Below are positions 11,532-23,232 of a stretch of DNA of 64,000 bases, in pieces (the stretch's first letter is position 1; each line of letters starts with the position of its first letter). The notes beneath the pieces are model-generated. The model was not told where the DNA came from, searched no databases, and was given only the letters and a program-made list of their open reading frames with translations. The translations under genes and the position numbers were made by a program. Origin of the DNA: Sphagnum compactum (Eukaryota); the NCBI GenBank assembly GCA_965153455.1, contig OZ234493.1:36570213-36634212 (forward strand), written 5' to 3'.

Positions 11532-14500
11532 CTCCACACGAAAGATCCTTTAATAAAATTATATAATTAATTGATTAATTAATTAATCCTTCCTTTTAAT
11601 CAATTGAAATGGAAGAGATGTTTTGTCAATTGAAAAGAACCTTACACATGTGGAAGGTGCTTTTGCCACATGTCATGGTGAGGTGGATTGAAATGTTGTA
11701 TTACCATAAGCCGGAGCCAATGTTGAATATTGAAAAATGGGTATTCCAAATTAAGATAATTTATATGGTGATGATGATTTTTCATATGCATACATCGCTA
11801 TACATCAATAATTTGGTTGAAAACAAAAAATGCATAAATATGCTTCTATGGACAAGTTATCATTTTTTTTTTCACTATTATTTCCTACACATATGACTTG
11901 CACTTGAGGCTACAAATTTGAGGCCCAATAAATACAAACAATCAACAAAATGGTCAAACATATCGTCGTTATCTTTGTAACCTTTTGGAATTTGAAATTT
12001 TGTAACCATCAAAATACATGTATGTTTTATAATTTCATCAAATGCATCCAAGAACATTGTTAACATAGATGTAAACCTTGTTCATTCATTAAAAAATAAA
12101 ATGGAAGCTAATTGTGTTAATTAATGAGTTCGTTTTGGTTTCTTTTAAGAAAATTTGTAAATTGGACAACTAATATAGTTATTTTGAAAGACTCAAAAGG
12201 AAAATTATATAGTATTATATATAATTAATCTTAGATATGTTTATTTATTTAACATGACATCATTCTTCTATAATTATATTTTAAAAATCACTATGATTAT
12301 AATGAGATAAATGATATAGACACCCAAAATTGGACTATGTAATCCTTTTTTCATTTGATAGTCGTTATGAATAAACCCAATTGAATTATGTAGCTACAAT
12401 AAACCTTGGTGTAACCAATTTTTTTATTATATCATAAGATGACCAAAATTCAATCATAACCAAAATGCCAATTAATGAAATTCAATCACATTTAATCATT
12501 ATTCAATGGAAAATCACTTTGAAAGTGGGTGGAATTAATTTTTGTTGACAATTCAATAATCCCTATCAAATCCAATCACTATCCCAATGGTCCTAATCAT
12601 GTTTAACCATGAATTCAACAATTTTAATCAAATTCAACCACAAATCAAATAGTTATACTCAAGTTTAGTTGTAAATTTGACTATATATTGTGGTTAAATT
12701 TGGTTATAAATATGAGGGTTTTGATTGAATTTTGTTGCAAAATATGTAATCCTTATCAAAATAGTCACCAAAAATATTCAAAAAAAGGAAGAGCAAGTGT
12801 GTCCCAAAAATGATTTAAATTCAACCATAATTTGAATGATCACAATCAAATTTGATAATGATTGAACCATGTGAATAAAGACTACCTATCTATCAACTTG
12901 ATAATCAAAATCAAATTTGATTGTGAATTCCAATATCTTGATCAAATTTGGTTGTGTCATGATTGGATTTGATCAAGACGATTAAATGTGGCACTACATT
13001 TGATCATGACCATTCATTCAATTATCTTGATGGAATTTGACCCCAAAAAAACCGAAAAGTGGGACATCACTTTTGCAACTAAAGTAAAGTCATGAATATA
13101 ACATTCACCATGGAATTTGGTTCCTATTTCCACGTCCCCAATCCAATTTAATAAAAAAATCAATGGTCCCAATCGAATTTAATCTCGAAATCAATAGTCT
13201 TGATAAAATTTGTTCATATGATTAATGATCTAGATAAAATTTAGTTACAAATTTTATGATCTTGATTGAATTTGGTCATGAAGTCAAGAGTTTAGATCAA
13301 ATTTTGTTAGAAATTCAATGGTTGTAATGAAATCTTACCATAGATTCTTCTTTAGTTTTGTAACAATCTAAGTGAGAAAATGGATGAGTAAAATCATGGA
13401 AATTGTGGTCATGAGGGACTTTGTAAATACTCTAAAATTACAACAATAGCAAGTAACACCAAAGTACAAGAAAACTTATGAACCAAATGTCAAGAATGAA
13501 ATAAAATCTAATCATTTTGAAGGTATGCATCAAGAGAAGCAAGGACCACGCTCCTTGATGAAACATCTTGATCAAAGAAATAAGAAAGAAGTGTACAAAA
13601 ACTTGTCAAATCCAACACAAATCCATGCCAAAGTTAAACCATTATCAATAATAACATGTGAGATCAAACCCGTACTCCTACACATGCTTGAAGACCTTTT
13701 GAGAATTGACACAACCAAGGCAAAATAAAAAGTAAAAAATACTAAAGGAGGGGAGATGCAATTGACACTTTTTCCTCATTCAAGACCATCGTTGTCTCCT
13801 CCATACGCTGTATTGCACCACCTCATAATTGATTGGGTTCTCAAGATTATGGAGGTTTTTAAGTACTTTGCACTTGTTGGTATTCAAGAAACCACAAAAG
13901 CCCAAGCAAGGATGAACAAGAAGGTGAAAGGCTTTGTCTTTACATGGAATTCCAAGGACTTGTCCTCCAACAAATAAGGATATGTGAACCATATAAACTC
14001 AAGCAAGGTTTATTCCATGCATAAGTGGTAAGACTAATCATTTGAATGGTTGTCAACTTGGACAAAGGAGTGATGCATTTAATAATGAACATTATGGATG
14101 AATTGTTCATACAATTGGTAAAGATAAGATCATCATACTAGAACGGTCTTTCTACTCGAAGGAGTGATTCTAGAGGATTGGTCTATACCAATGCACACCA
14201 CAAGTCTTTCATTGAAAAATGTGATTCAACGCAGTTTTGAAGAGTTTACCTTCCTTGATGGGCACTTGTCGTGTAGTAGCATTTTACTTGCTGCTGCATC
14301 TAATTTGTTTCAGTTGTTTTATAGCCCAGTAGGATTTACATGTTTAGGCTGTTGTGCCAGCAATTAACTGATGAACATAATCAGAAGCGTCTGAACAGTG
14401 GTGTGGAGCTAAATTATTATTCCAATCTCACTGCAATAGTTGGTGCTGGAGAAATGCAGTTTTGCTTCTTTGGAGACCATCAAGCATGACTTATCTTGAA

Positions 14501-15462
14501 AGTTGCATAGTTCATAGCAGGTCCAAACAATGCTAAAAGAAGTTAAAGCTCCTGACCACATGATTGCAGAGAAGCATCTGAATCTGCATCAGTTTTCAGT
14601 TGCAGATGTTGGAAGACATATGAACTGTGGTGTATCAATGGATGATTCTATGAGCCTATCAGCCCACACTTTCTTTTGGTTTCCTTGCAGATGTAATCAG
14701 CCAAAGAAAAGATGGGGATGTTACACAATCTTGCAGCACTTTGGAAGTACAAGTTCCAAAGTTGTCATCACCTTTTTTTCTAGAGAATGAATAGTCCAAT
14801 GCTCTCTCCTAGTTGAAAGGACACTCTTCTGTAAACTCAAACATGTCATTTGCTGAATCACTTTCGACATTATACAACAGCATGTACAAAGGGCCATGCA
14901 ATACAGTTGATGAGCAAGTGGGAAACCATTAGGTACCCCCACTAACACTCACAGATTACTCACAGAAACACCAAAACCTTGAGTACGTAAAAACCCTATA
15001 CATCCAGTATACCACTGTGTCTCACCCACAGTGCATTGTCTGACTGGAGAAGCAACCAAAGGTGTGCATACACCTTAGATTGTCCCTGACAGCCAAAATG
15101 GAAGCTTGAAAGCTGTCTCCAAACAACACTTCATAGATATATATGTACATGTTCAATGTGCTATAACTTATAACCTGTTGGCATCTTGGGTCACCATCGA
15201 GACTAAAGCTTTCTTACAAGGTATCAAAGTAGCTTCTCACAACAACTGATTCCAGTGCAGGATCTAGCGAAATAACTGCATGTGGAATTTGCTGTATTCA
15301 TAATCTCTCTGCAAATCCATTGAATTGCCAGAGTTCTGAAGATTTGTTCATGAACCTGTCAAGTGCAGAGTCTTTCAGAACACTTAAGGCTCCAAAACAG
15401 CTGGATATCCACTCCAATGCATCAAGGGCAGATGGGTAAGGATGCCACAAGTCCGCAACCCT

Positions 15463-16413
15463 TCAGTGCTCTTTATGCTCGAAAAGTCCATTCGGCCCTG
15501 GCAGACATTGAATCAGGTAGGTTGTCAGGGAGTATCAAAATCACAGAATCAAATGTATCTTCCATGCCATAACCCTGTAAGAAGGAACCCTATCATGTTC
15601 AGTACAACAAATATGGGAAGTGTGGAGATCTCCACACAAAGAGGAACATGCAAAAATTCAGTTTGGCCATTTAGAACATGCAAAATTCAGACCAAAAGAG
15701 GAACACAAAAAGGCCTGCATGTCTCAAAATGATCCAAACATATTGAATGTTCCTACCTGTGAGAGAGAACAGAGAAAAAAACAGTCAAGGTCACGAAATT
15801 GTACCCCATGGAAATTCCTTGTTCCGGATGTGCAAGTAGGAGTACTCCTGCCACACCAAAGAAAATCACACTTTTCAGTGCACTGTTGAATCTGGTGGTT
15901 AGCTCTACAGCTAGATGGATGGATTTCAAAGCTCTTCAGAGGCTTATTATGAAAATTTCCAGAAATCCAAATTGTAGGAGTGTTGGAGCAGCACTACCGG
16001 ATGCTCAAAAGCTTCGTGGTGTTGCTCGCCAGAGAAGTTGTATATGGCCAGAGCAGTACAAGCTATAATTGCCGCAATACTGATGTTACGCCACTTCTGC
16101 ATCTCGTCTGCAGCAGCACCCCGCATCACAAAAACCCGTGATTACCCCACTTACCTACATCAACAGATCATCATCTAAGAAGGAAAAACAAAAGAGAGGC
16201 ATTCTTAAAAGTACGAAACTTTAAGAATCCTCTGTGGGGGAAGGAAGGACTAGGGAAATTATTAGTAGACCGACCAGCATCGTCATGTTCGTGGGCTGTG
16301 GCGAAGAAGCGAGTGAAGACCGCTGAAGGCCGTGCAGCAGGTGCATGAGACCTCGCAGAAACTCTGAATATGGCCGATGAAATCAGGGAATTCGATCTCA
16401 GAAAACCCGCCAT
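15463..16413 (-). CDS. COX6A: Cytochrome c oxidase subunit 6a, mitochondrial; exons 16413-16275, 16107-15998, 15847-15805, 15497-15463
   Basis: The spliced protein has an R/S/A-rich transit peptide, then HEHDDADEMQKWRNISIAAIIACTALAIYNFS (single TM) and the COX6A signature YSYLHIRNKEFPWGPNGLFE. All introns are GT-AG and in frame. Confidence 0.93.
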
Positions 16414-17297
16414 GGCTGATGAGCAGCTCAAGTTCTACTACTTTTATGTCGTTTGTGCTTGTCACAATGTTTCAACCCTTCTTCTTCTTCTTCTTCTTCC
16501 TTGTCTACTTCATCATCTTAGCCTCATCTGGCATTAGATGGAATAGAAAGAGAGTTAGAGCACATAATTGGAATTTCTAGTGTAGGACTAGAAAAGGACT
16601 AGGCTAGAGAGCAGTGTTTTATTTAGGAATTTTTTTCTGCAGCCAAAGTGGCAATCCTCCATTGCAAGGTGTAGAAAAAAGTGGCAATTAACCCTAGGAA
16701 GTTTAAGCCAAATCTGGTTATAAAATAACAACTATGAAATACAAAATTTTAATCATCTTACTAGCTAGATTTTTTTGCTACATGCAGAAAACCAAATACT
16801 AAAATATGTTCCCTAGGTTCCCAATGTGTTCCCCAAGGTGTTCCCAATAGCACCTCGCTTTAATCTCATATGTTTTGCTCAAAATCTTCCCCTTCTCACC
16901 TATACAGCTGGGCCAAAGGGAAAGGCACTCTATCTTTCCATAGAATCATCTATTGTGAGGAGCTTCCATAGTTTCAACTTTTTTTTGTGATGGGCCAATC
17001 AAATTTAGGACTAATTTTTGGTGATAGTGCCAGGCAGGGCAGGGCAGCATCAAAAGCCATGCCTTGTAAAGGAGGGTTTCTTGTACCCATTTCATGCAAA
17101 GGGGTGGTGAGCAATGTTGCCTTTGAACCACCTTTGAAGTGCATATGAATCCCTTATGAACCTTGTGAACCACCCCTGAACAAGCATGGTTTTCAACCCC
17201 CTATGAACCAGCCTTTGAACTGCACATGAACCCCATATGAACCTTTGAACCACCCATGAACAAGCATGGTTTTTGGCACTATCCCAAAAGGGAGTTA

Positions 17298-17541
17298 AAT
17301 TATGCCTACTTGTAGGTGTAAGAACCCTCGCACTACTGAGAAGTAGGTATAAGAACCCTAACATTCATACACCTTTTGATCTACATAGGTTTGGTTCATG
17401 ATAAAATTTTGTCTCATGTGTTGCGATAGGTAAAGCCCTAGGATGAGGGACATTCCCAAAATGTGGGGTCAAACTTGGCTATTGCCTTGTCCTAGGCCCC
17501 TTATTTTGAGAATGCCCCCGACCCTAGGGCGTTACCCTACA
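17298..17541. mobile_element. Two adjacent MITE-like pieces homologous to those in HMA intron 1
   Basis: ttatgcctact/gtaggtgtaagaaccct at ~17300-17360. An element with inverted ends taggtaaagccctagg...gacattcccaaaat / attttgagaatgcc...cctagggcgttaccctac lies at ~17427-17541. Confidence 0.55.
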
Positions 17542-18611
17542 CTTAAACTCTGGGGGATTACAAGGTAGAGGGTTGTAAAAGTAAAATTAAGGCACAATTG
17601 ATTGAACTGACTACCATATTCTGGTCTTTTTCTTCTTTTTACATTATTCTTTTCATTTGTGGGACCATGTTATACATCCATGCAAAGAGTATATGCTAAG
17701 TAGAGGATTCTAAGCAATAAATTAAGGCACAGTTGATTGAGCTAACTAGTAAGTGTCATTCTCTTCTTTTTAAAATTCTTCTTTTCACTTGCGGGACCAT
17801 CTTAGAGAAATCCATGCAAAAGTATTATTAATATATACAAAATATACTATCTTTTGAGTTGTGAAACTGATAACCCCAAAAAGGTAGAAGAGGGTTTTCC
17901 AATTGGTGCAAGACCACACTAGGTAGCTAGTGGTTTTACTTACACTAGGTATGCATGTCATAAGTGGTGTCAATACACTTTTGTCTACTTGTTCCATGTA
18001 AGTATATTGGGGGTATAATATGAGGTTCATCTGTAGGGTAAGGCCACAAGGTAGGTGCATTCTCAAAATAAGAGGCCTAGCAAGAGGCGGCGGTAGTGAA
18101 GTCTTGGCCTTCATTTTGGGGATGTTGGCCACTGGTGGGCTTTCACCCAGCAAGAAGCTCAATATGAAAGTTATCATGAACCTAAACATGTGCAAATCAC
18201 AAGGTGTAGGAAGGGGAGTGCTCTTATGCCCACTTTGATAAGAGAAGGAGGGATTTTTCCCTTAAGATTGCCCAATTTACAAGTACACTTCAAACATAGA
18301 AACATATCAGTCCCCATAGTGGCCCATCTAAAAGAGGATGACTTTGTGCAAAGCATATGGGACAAGTGAGATGCAAATGGGAATACATTGAGAAACATTG
18401 GAAATTTGGGGAACAATTGGGAACTTGATTGGGTAATCATGGAAACTTGATGTGAACAAACCTAAAAATCCAACACCTTCTCCAAAAGGAAAAAAAAAAT
18501 CTGGGCCTCTTAGGAAAAACTCACATCCTCTCCCCCTTCCAAAAGAAAAAGATCCTAGGCCTCTGGGGTGCATGCTGCATCTCCTCATTGGCTGAGCAGG
18601 ATGTTGATTCT

Positions 18612-20176
18612 AGCTTACAGGCACTTGAAGAAGACAGGGATGCTCATGAACAGGTCATTCAAAGTGGTTGCAACTCAGATGTCTTTGTGTTCACTATCCT
18701 TGTTGACATGTATGCCAAATGGGAGCATGGAGGATGCTGGAGAGTGTTCAACAAGATGCCGTCACAAAATGTTGTCTCTTGGACAACCATGATATTGGTA
18801 CTTGTGAAATGTTGACAAGGGCTGAAGGCATTGGAATTATTCTGACAAATGCATCAGGAAGGTGTGCAGCCAGACCCTAATACTTTTGTGGAGGTGCTTA
18901 ATGCCCATGCCAGTGTAGTTGCACTTGAAGATGCTCACGAGCAGATAATTCAAAGTGGCTGTGAGTCTGATGTCTTTGTTGCAAATAGCCATGTTGACAT
19001 ATATGCCAAGTGTGGGAGCATTGAGGATGCTTGGAAAGTGAACTCAACAAGATGGCCTCATGAAATTTGGTCTCTTGGAATGCCCTGAAATTTGGATATG
19101 TGAAATGCGGGCAATGACAGAAAGTATTGGAACTGGTACAATGGCAAGGTGTGCGACCAAACCATGTCACTTTCTTGGGGTGTTCAATGCATGTGCCAAT
19201 ATAGTGGCACTTGAGAAGGGCAGGCATGCTCATGAGCAAATCATTCAAAGTGGTTGTGAGTCAGATGTCATTATGGGGAATAGCCTTGTGGACATGTTTG
19301 CCAAATGTGGGAGCATTGAGGATGCTTGGAGAGTGTTTAACAATATGGCCTTGCCAGATGTGGTCTCTTGGAAAGCCATGCTTGGAGGATTTGCATGGTA
19401 AGGAAGCTCTTGAACATTTTGAACATGTGTGACAAAGGTCTAGAACCAGATAATGTGACTTTTGTCTGGTTTCTTTTAGCTTGTAGCCATGCAGGCCCAG
19501 TGGGTGAAGATTGGGCTGTTTTGATTCCACTGGCTTAGTTTATGAGATATCCCCAACACCTGAACTCTGCACCTGCATAGTTGACTTGCTTTGCTCGACC
19601 GTGCTGGTCACTTGCACAAGGCTGAGGATACGATCTAGACAATGCAGGTGGGTTATATGTCTCTGTGGAAGTTATTGCTCGATGCTTACAGAATCCATGG
19701 TGGTGAATTCATGGTGATGTGGAGATGGGAGAGTGTGTAACAGAATTGAACCCTGAAAATTTTGCAGGTTATGTGCTGCTATCAAACAACATGCTACTAC
19801 TGGCAACTGGGATCTAAGAGAAAATGTTCGACAACTGAGAAAGAAAAGGGGTGTGAAGAAACCAGCACAATCGCATGTGGATGGAAGTGAAGAGTGAGGT
19901 GCATACATTTGTAGTAGTCACTGATCAAGACCATCAGAATGAGTGAAATCCATGCAGAATTGAAAACATTGTCAGGACAGATGCTTGACACAGAGTATTT
20001 GCCAGATACGAAGTTTTGTGCTTCATGATGTGGGTGAAGAAGAGAAGGTATCTCATTTGCATTACCATAGCGAGAAACTGGCGATTGCATATGGACTTAT
20101 CAACATACCTCCTGGCAGTCCACTCTGCATGTTCAAGAAGATGGAGGTCCCTGGGAATTGCCAAACTTTCCACAAA
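18612..20176 (+). pseudogene. PLS-class PPR-E-DYW RNA-editing factor pseudogene (intronless, multiple stops and frameshifts, truncated DYW)
   Basis: Repeated PLS motifs (AHEQIIQSGCESDV..NSLVDM.AKCGSIEDAWRVFN.M..DVVSW), E/E+ remnants (GVKK..W.EV..EVHTFV) and a DYW fragment FVLHDV.EEEK...HYHSEKLAIAYGLI. The CxxC is degraded to PGNC and homology stops before the DYW C-terminus. Confidence 0.9.
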
Positions 20177-20300
20177 CCCTAAACCCTTTTTTCTTGCTTT
20201 GGGATTATAGTTATATAGTTTTATCTCTTGTACTAGGGTTAAACATTTTAAGGCTAGTGCTTGAGTTGTATTGGCTTCAAGAGTGCCCAAATCGTAGACA

Positions 20301-20796
20301 TCTTATACCTATCTGGGAAGTTGGAAAATTTTCTACGAACATTCCAGGTGTAAATCAAGCGTTATCAATCCAAAACTTATAATCTTCCCCAAGCTTCAAA
20401 ATCCAAGCATTTGCCAATAAGTCGCGTCCATGAATATTTAAAAATCTACGTGCAAAGCAAACCGAAAAAGTCTATGAGGGAAGAAGCTGTACCATCGCTA
20501 GGTTAGTAGGAAGGGTCTGCATTTGCAAATCAATCAACTCCATGTAGTTTAACAATCCACGTGCAAACCAAACGGGAAAAGTCTCTGAGGGAAGCTGTAC
20601 CAACGCTAGGAAGGAGGAAAGGATTTGCATTTGCAAATCAAGCAACTCCATGTAGATTAACAATCGTACGTGGAAACTGGAAACCTAAAGTGAAAAAACT
20701 TCCACGCGCTGAAAATTCAAAGAAATTCGAAAAAATCAGGTTTTGGAAGGAAAAATCAGTTGAAGACACTTGCGCCAACGGCACAGGCCACGCTAG
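20301..20796 (+). mobile_element. Non-autonomous Helitron (~496 bp) with an internal ~110-bp tandem duplication
   Basis: 5' end A|TCTTATACCTAT. 3' end has a GC hairpin TGCGCC-AAC-GGCACA, then 6 nt, then CTAG|T. It sits in an A|T site with no TSD. Duplicated units lie at ~20449-20559 and ~20560-20668. Confidence 0.6.
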
Positions 20797-21754
20797 TTAC
20801 TATAAAATTCTAGTCGGTTTGAAGTGCAACCATACCATAAACCGTGAGCACAAATGGCTACCTAAATAAGGTGAGTGGGTAAAGTGTAAAGTGAAAAAGA
20901 TGTGTGTAAATATACTCGGGCATGTGCATAAAAGAGCACATTCATAATTCACATCATTTTCAAGAAAAATACACATGTTTAAGTTAAAGATGTGTGTGAA
21001 TGTGAAAAGTATCACACACAACTTACAAAAAAAATGTTTGAACTTTTATCATAAAGTTTTGTACATACTTTAATTCTACTTCAATAACTATTTATATCCA
21101 TCTAAATTGTAAGCTAGATAATTGCATAATTGTAGCTTCTAGGTGATGAACCAAATCAAACAAACCAAAGTCATTAGAGTCATTGATGCCATAAGAAATG
21201 TTGATGGCATAATCAACCAATTGCTTTGAATTATACATGCCCACGTACTTGTAGTTCTGTTCCATGTGAGACAGAACTTTTGGTTACATGAACTTCAATT
21301 ACATGAGCCACTATTCTTGCCACGCTTTTATTTTAACTTATAAAATTTCATTGTCATCCTCATTAATGTCTTTGTTAACAACTAATTCATTGGGAACCAC
21401 TTTGGATTCTACAAGCCCACCATCACCACTCCAATTAAACCACAATCACTCTCAACCACACCTTCATTATTACCAAGCCCATAGTCAACTACACATAATG
21501 AAAATCCATCATTTTTCATTTCATTTCATTCATTAAAAACCTTATGTATTTGTAGTCTCTGAACAACAACAAACTATAGCAAACCTCACCTTAAACCTTA
21601 AAAAACACAAGCATGATGGTGACCAAGGGTTTTAAATTTAAGCCCAATACGAATATTTGGGTGAAGAAGATGCAAGAGACAAGCTATAACAAAATTGACT
21701 ACCTTAAATGTTTAATCACACACACAAACATTGGTGCTTTCAAATTTGATGGTA

Positions 21755-22250
21755 GATGGTGATGAAAATGCAAAAACACAAGCACAAAAGGTGAAGGTGA
21801 TGAGAATGTAAAACCACAAACATAAAGGCAAAGAAAATGCAAAAACAAATGCAAAAGCAATGATAATGAAAACGCTAGAACACAAATGCAAAACTAAATG
21901 GTGATGAGAATGCAAAAATACAAACACAAAAATAAATGATGATGAGAATGTAAAAACACAAATGCAAAAGGCAAAAGGTGATGAAAATGAAAAAAACACA
22001 AACACAAAAGCAAATGGTGATGAGATTGTAGGAACACAAATGAAAACACATAAACACAAAACACAAAAGTAAAAAATGATAAGAATGTAGAATCTCAAAC
22101 GTAAAAGGTATATGATAATGAAAATGCACAAACATAAACACAAAAGTAAACAATGACGAAAATGCAAAAACAAAAACGCAAAAGGCAAATAATTATGAAA
22201 AGGCATAACATGAACCCAAAAAAAAATGATCATAAGAATGCAATAATGCA
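21755..22250. repeat. Degenerate A-rich minisatellite (gatgaaaatgcaaaaacacaaa-type units)
   Basis: More than 12 recognisable recurrences of tgatga(a/g)aatg(c/t)aaaa.cacaaa. This repeat explains the spurious F/C/V-rich ORFs here. Confidence 0.75.
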
Positions 22251-22791
22251 AGCCATATTGAACAAAGGATTGAAGGTTTACTTGAGGTGAACATTGGTTA
22301 TTGGTTGTAGTGACATCAAAAAATTGACATCCTCACTTCTCAAATTAGCACACTCAACACACTCAAGAATTCAAAAACAAATCAGGGATCCTTCTGAGAT
22401 TCTTTTTTCAAAACCATAAACCCTTAAAAGTTCCTAACCTTAAACCTCCATGCCTCGCACAACTTTACAATGTGAGATGATGCCTACCCCACCCATGCAT
22501 CTCATGACCTTTGTAAAATACAAGCCTGCCCAACTAAGGGAGGAAAGAAGCCGGTTTCGGCCGGGTATATGAGATGGTTTTTTCAACCAACCCTTGATGG
22601 ACAAAGGCACCACCTCATACCCAAGTGCATGCCCTGGTTGATACCCGCCTAACACTGCTTTTTTTACTAAGGGTTGCAAGAACTAAGATCCGAAAAAAAA
22701 AACAAAAAACCCATTAAAAAAACAAGAAAAAAAAAATAAAAATCTAGCTCCGTCCAAATGTCACGCCCCACTATTCCCCTCATCAGCCTTG

Positions 22792-22797
22792 CACGTG
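22792..22797. promoter_or_regulatory. G-box/ABRE-like element upstream of the ABC1K gene
   Basis: CACGTG(TC) in a GC-rich patch, with a second gccacgt at ~22814, ~440 bp before the ATG and just upstream of a pyrimidine-rich 5'UTR/intron region. Motif match only. Confidence 0.3.
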
Positions 22798-23232
22798 TCT
22801 CGGCCGAAACCCCGCCACGTTAGCGTCAACGGTAGCCAGTAGCGCAGCATCTACCACGAATATAATAATCCCCAACACGAAAAACCCATTCTCCTAATTT
22901 ATTTATTTTCCTTTTTGGGTGGTTTGTTGCTGTGTTTCTTCGCTTGTATTTTTCCCTTCTGTCTCTCATTGTTTATCTCATTACCCGATTGCATTTTTTT
23001 CGTTTGTTCTTTTCCTCCCATCTGCTTGTGAGATTGTCGCTCTAGCAAGTGCAATTTTGCCCTTGCTTTTTCTCTGTCCAATGTTTCGCCTCGTTCTTGT
23101 TTTCTCTTCTTCTCTGTTTCTAGGTCTGGCGATCAGGCCTGGAATTGATAGCGTTGTGTGTTTGGTTTAGGGCTCGAGTGTAACCATCAGAACAACAAGG
23201 ACTAGACGAACAAGAACGAGTATAAGACAAGA

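Noticed and set aside
11600-14300. AT-rich region with degenerate ttgatcaaatttggt-like repeats and short ORFs
   Set aside because: Probably old TE debris, but no diagnostic motif or terminus could be supported.
21712-22251. 179-aa hydrophobic ORF suggesting a membrane protein
   Set aside because: Translation of an A-rich minisatellite.
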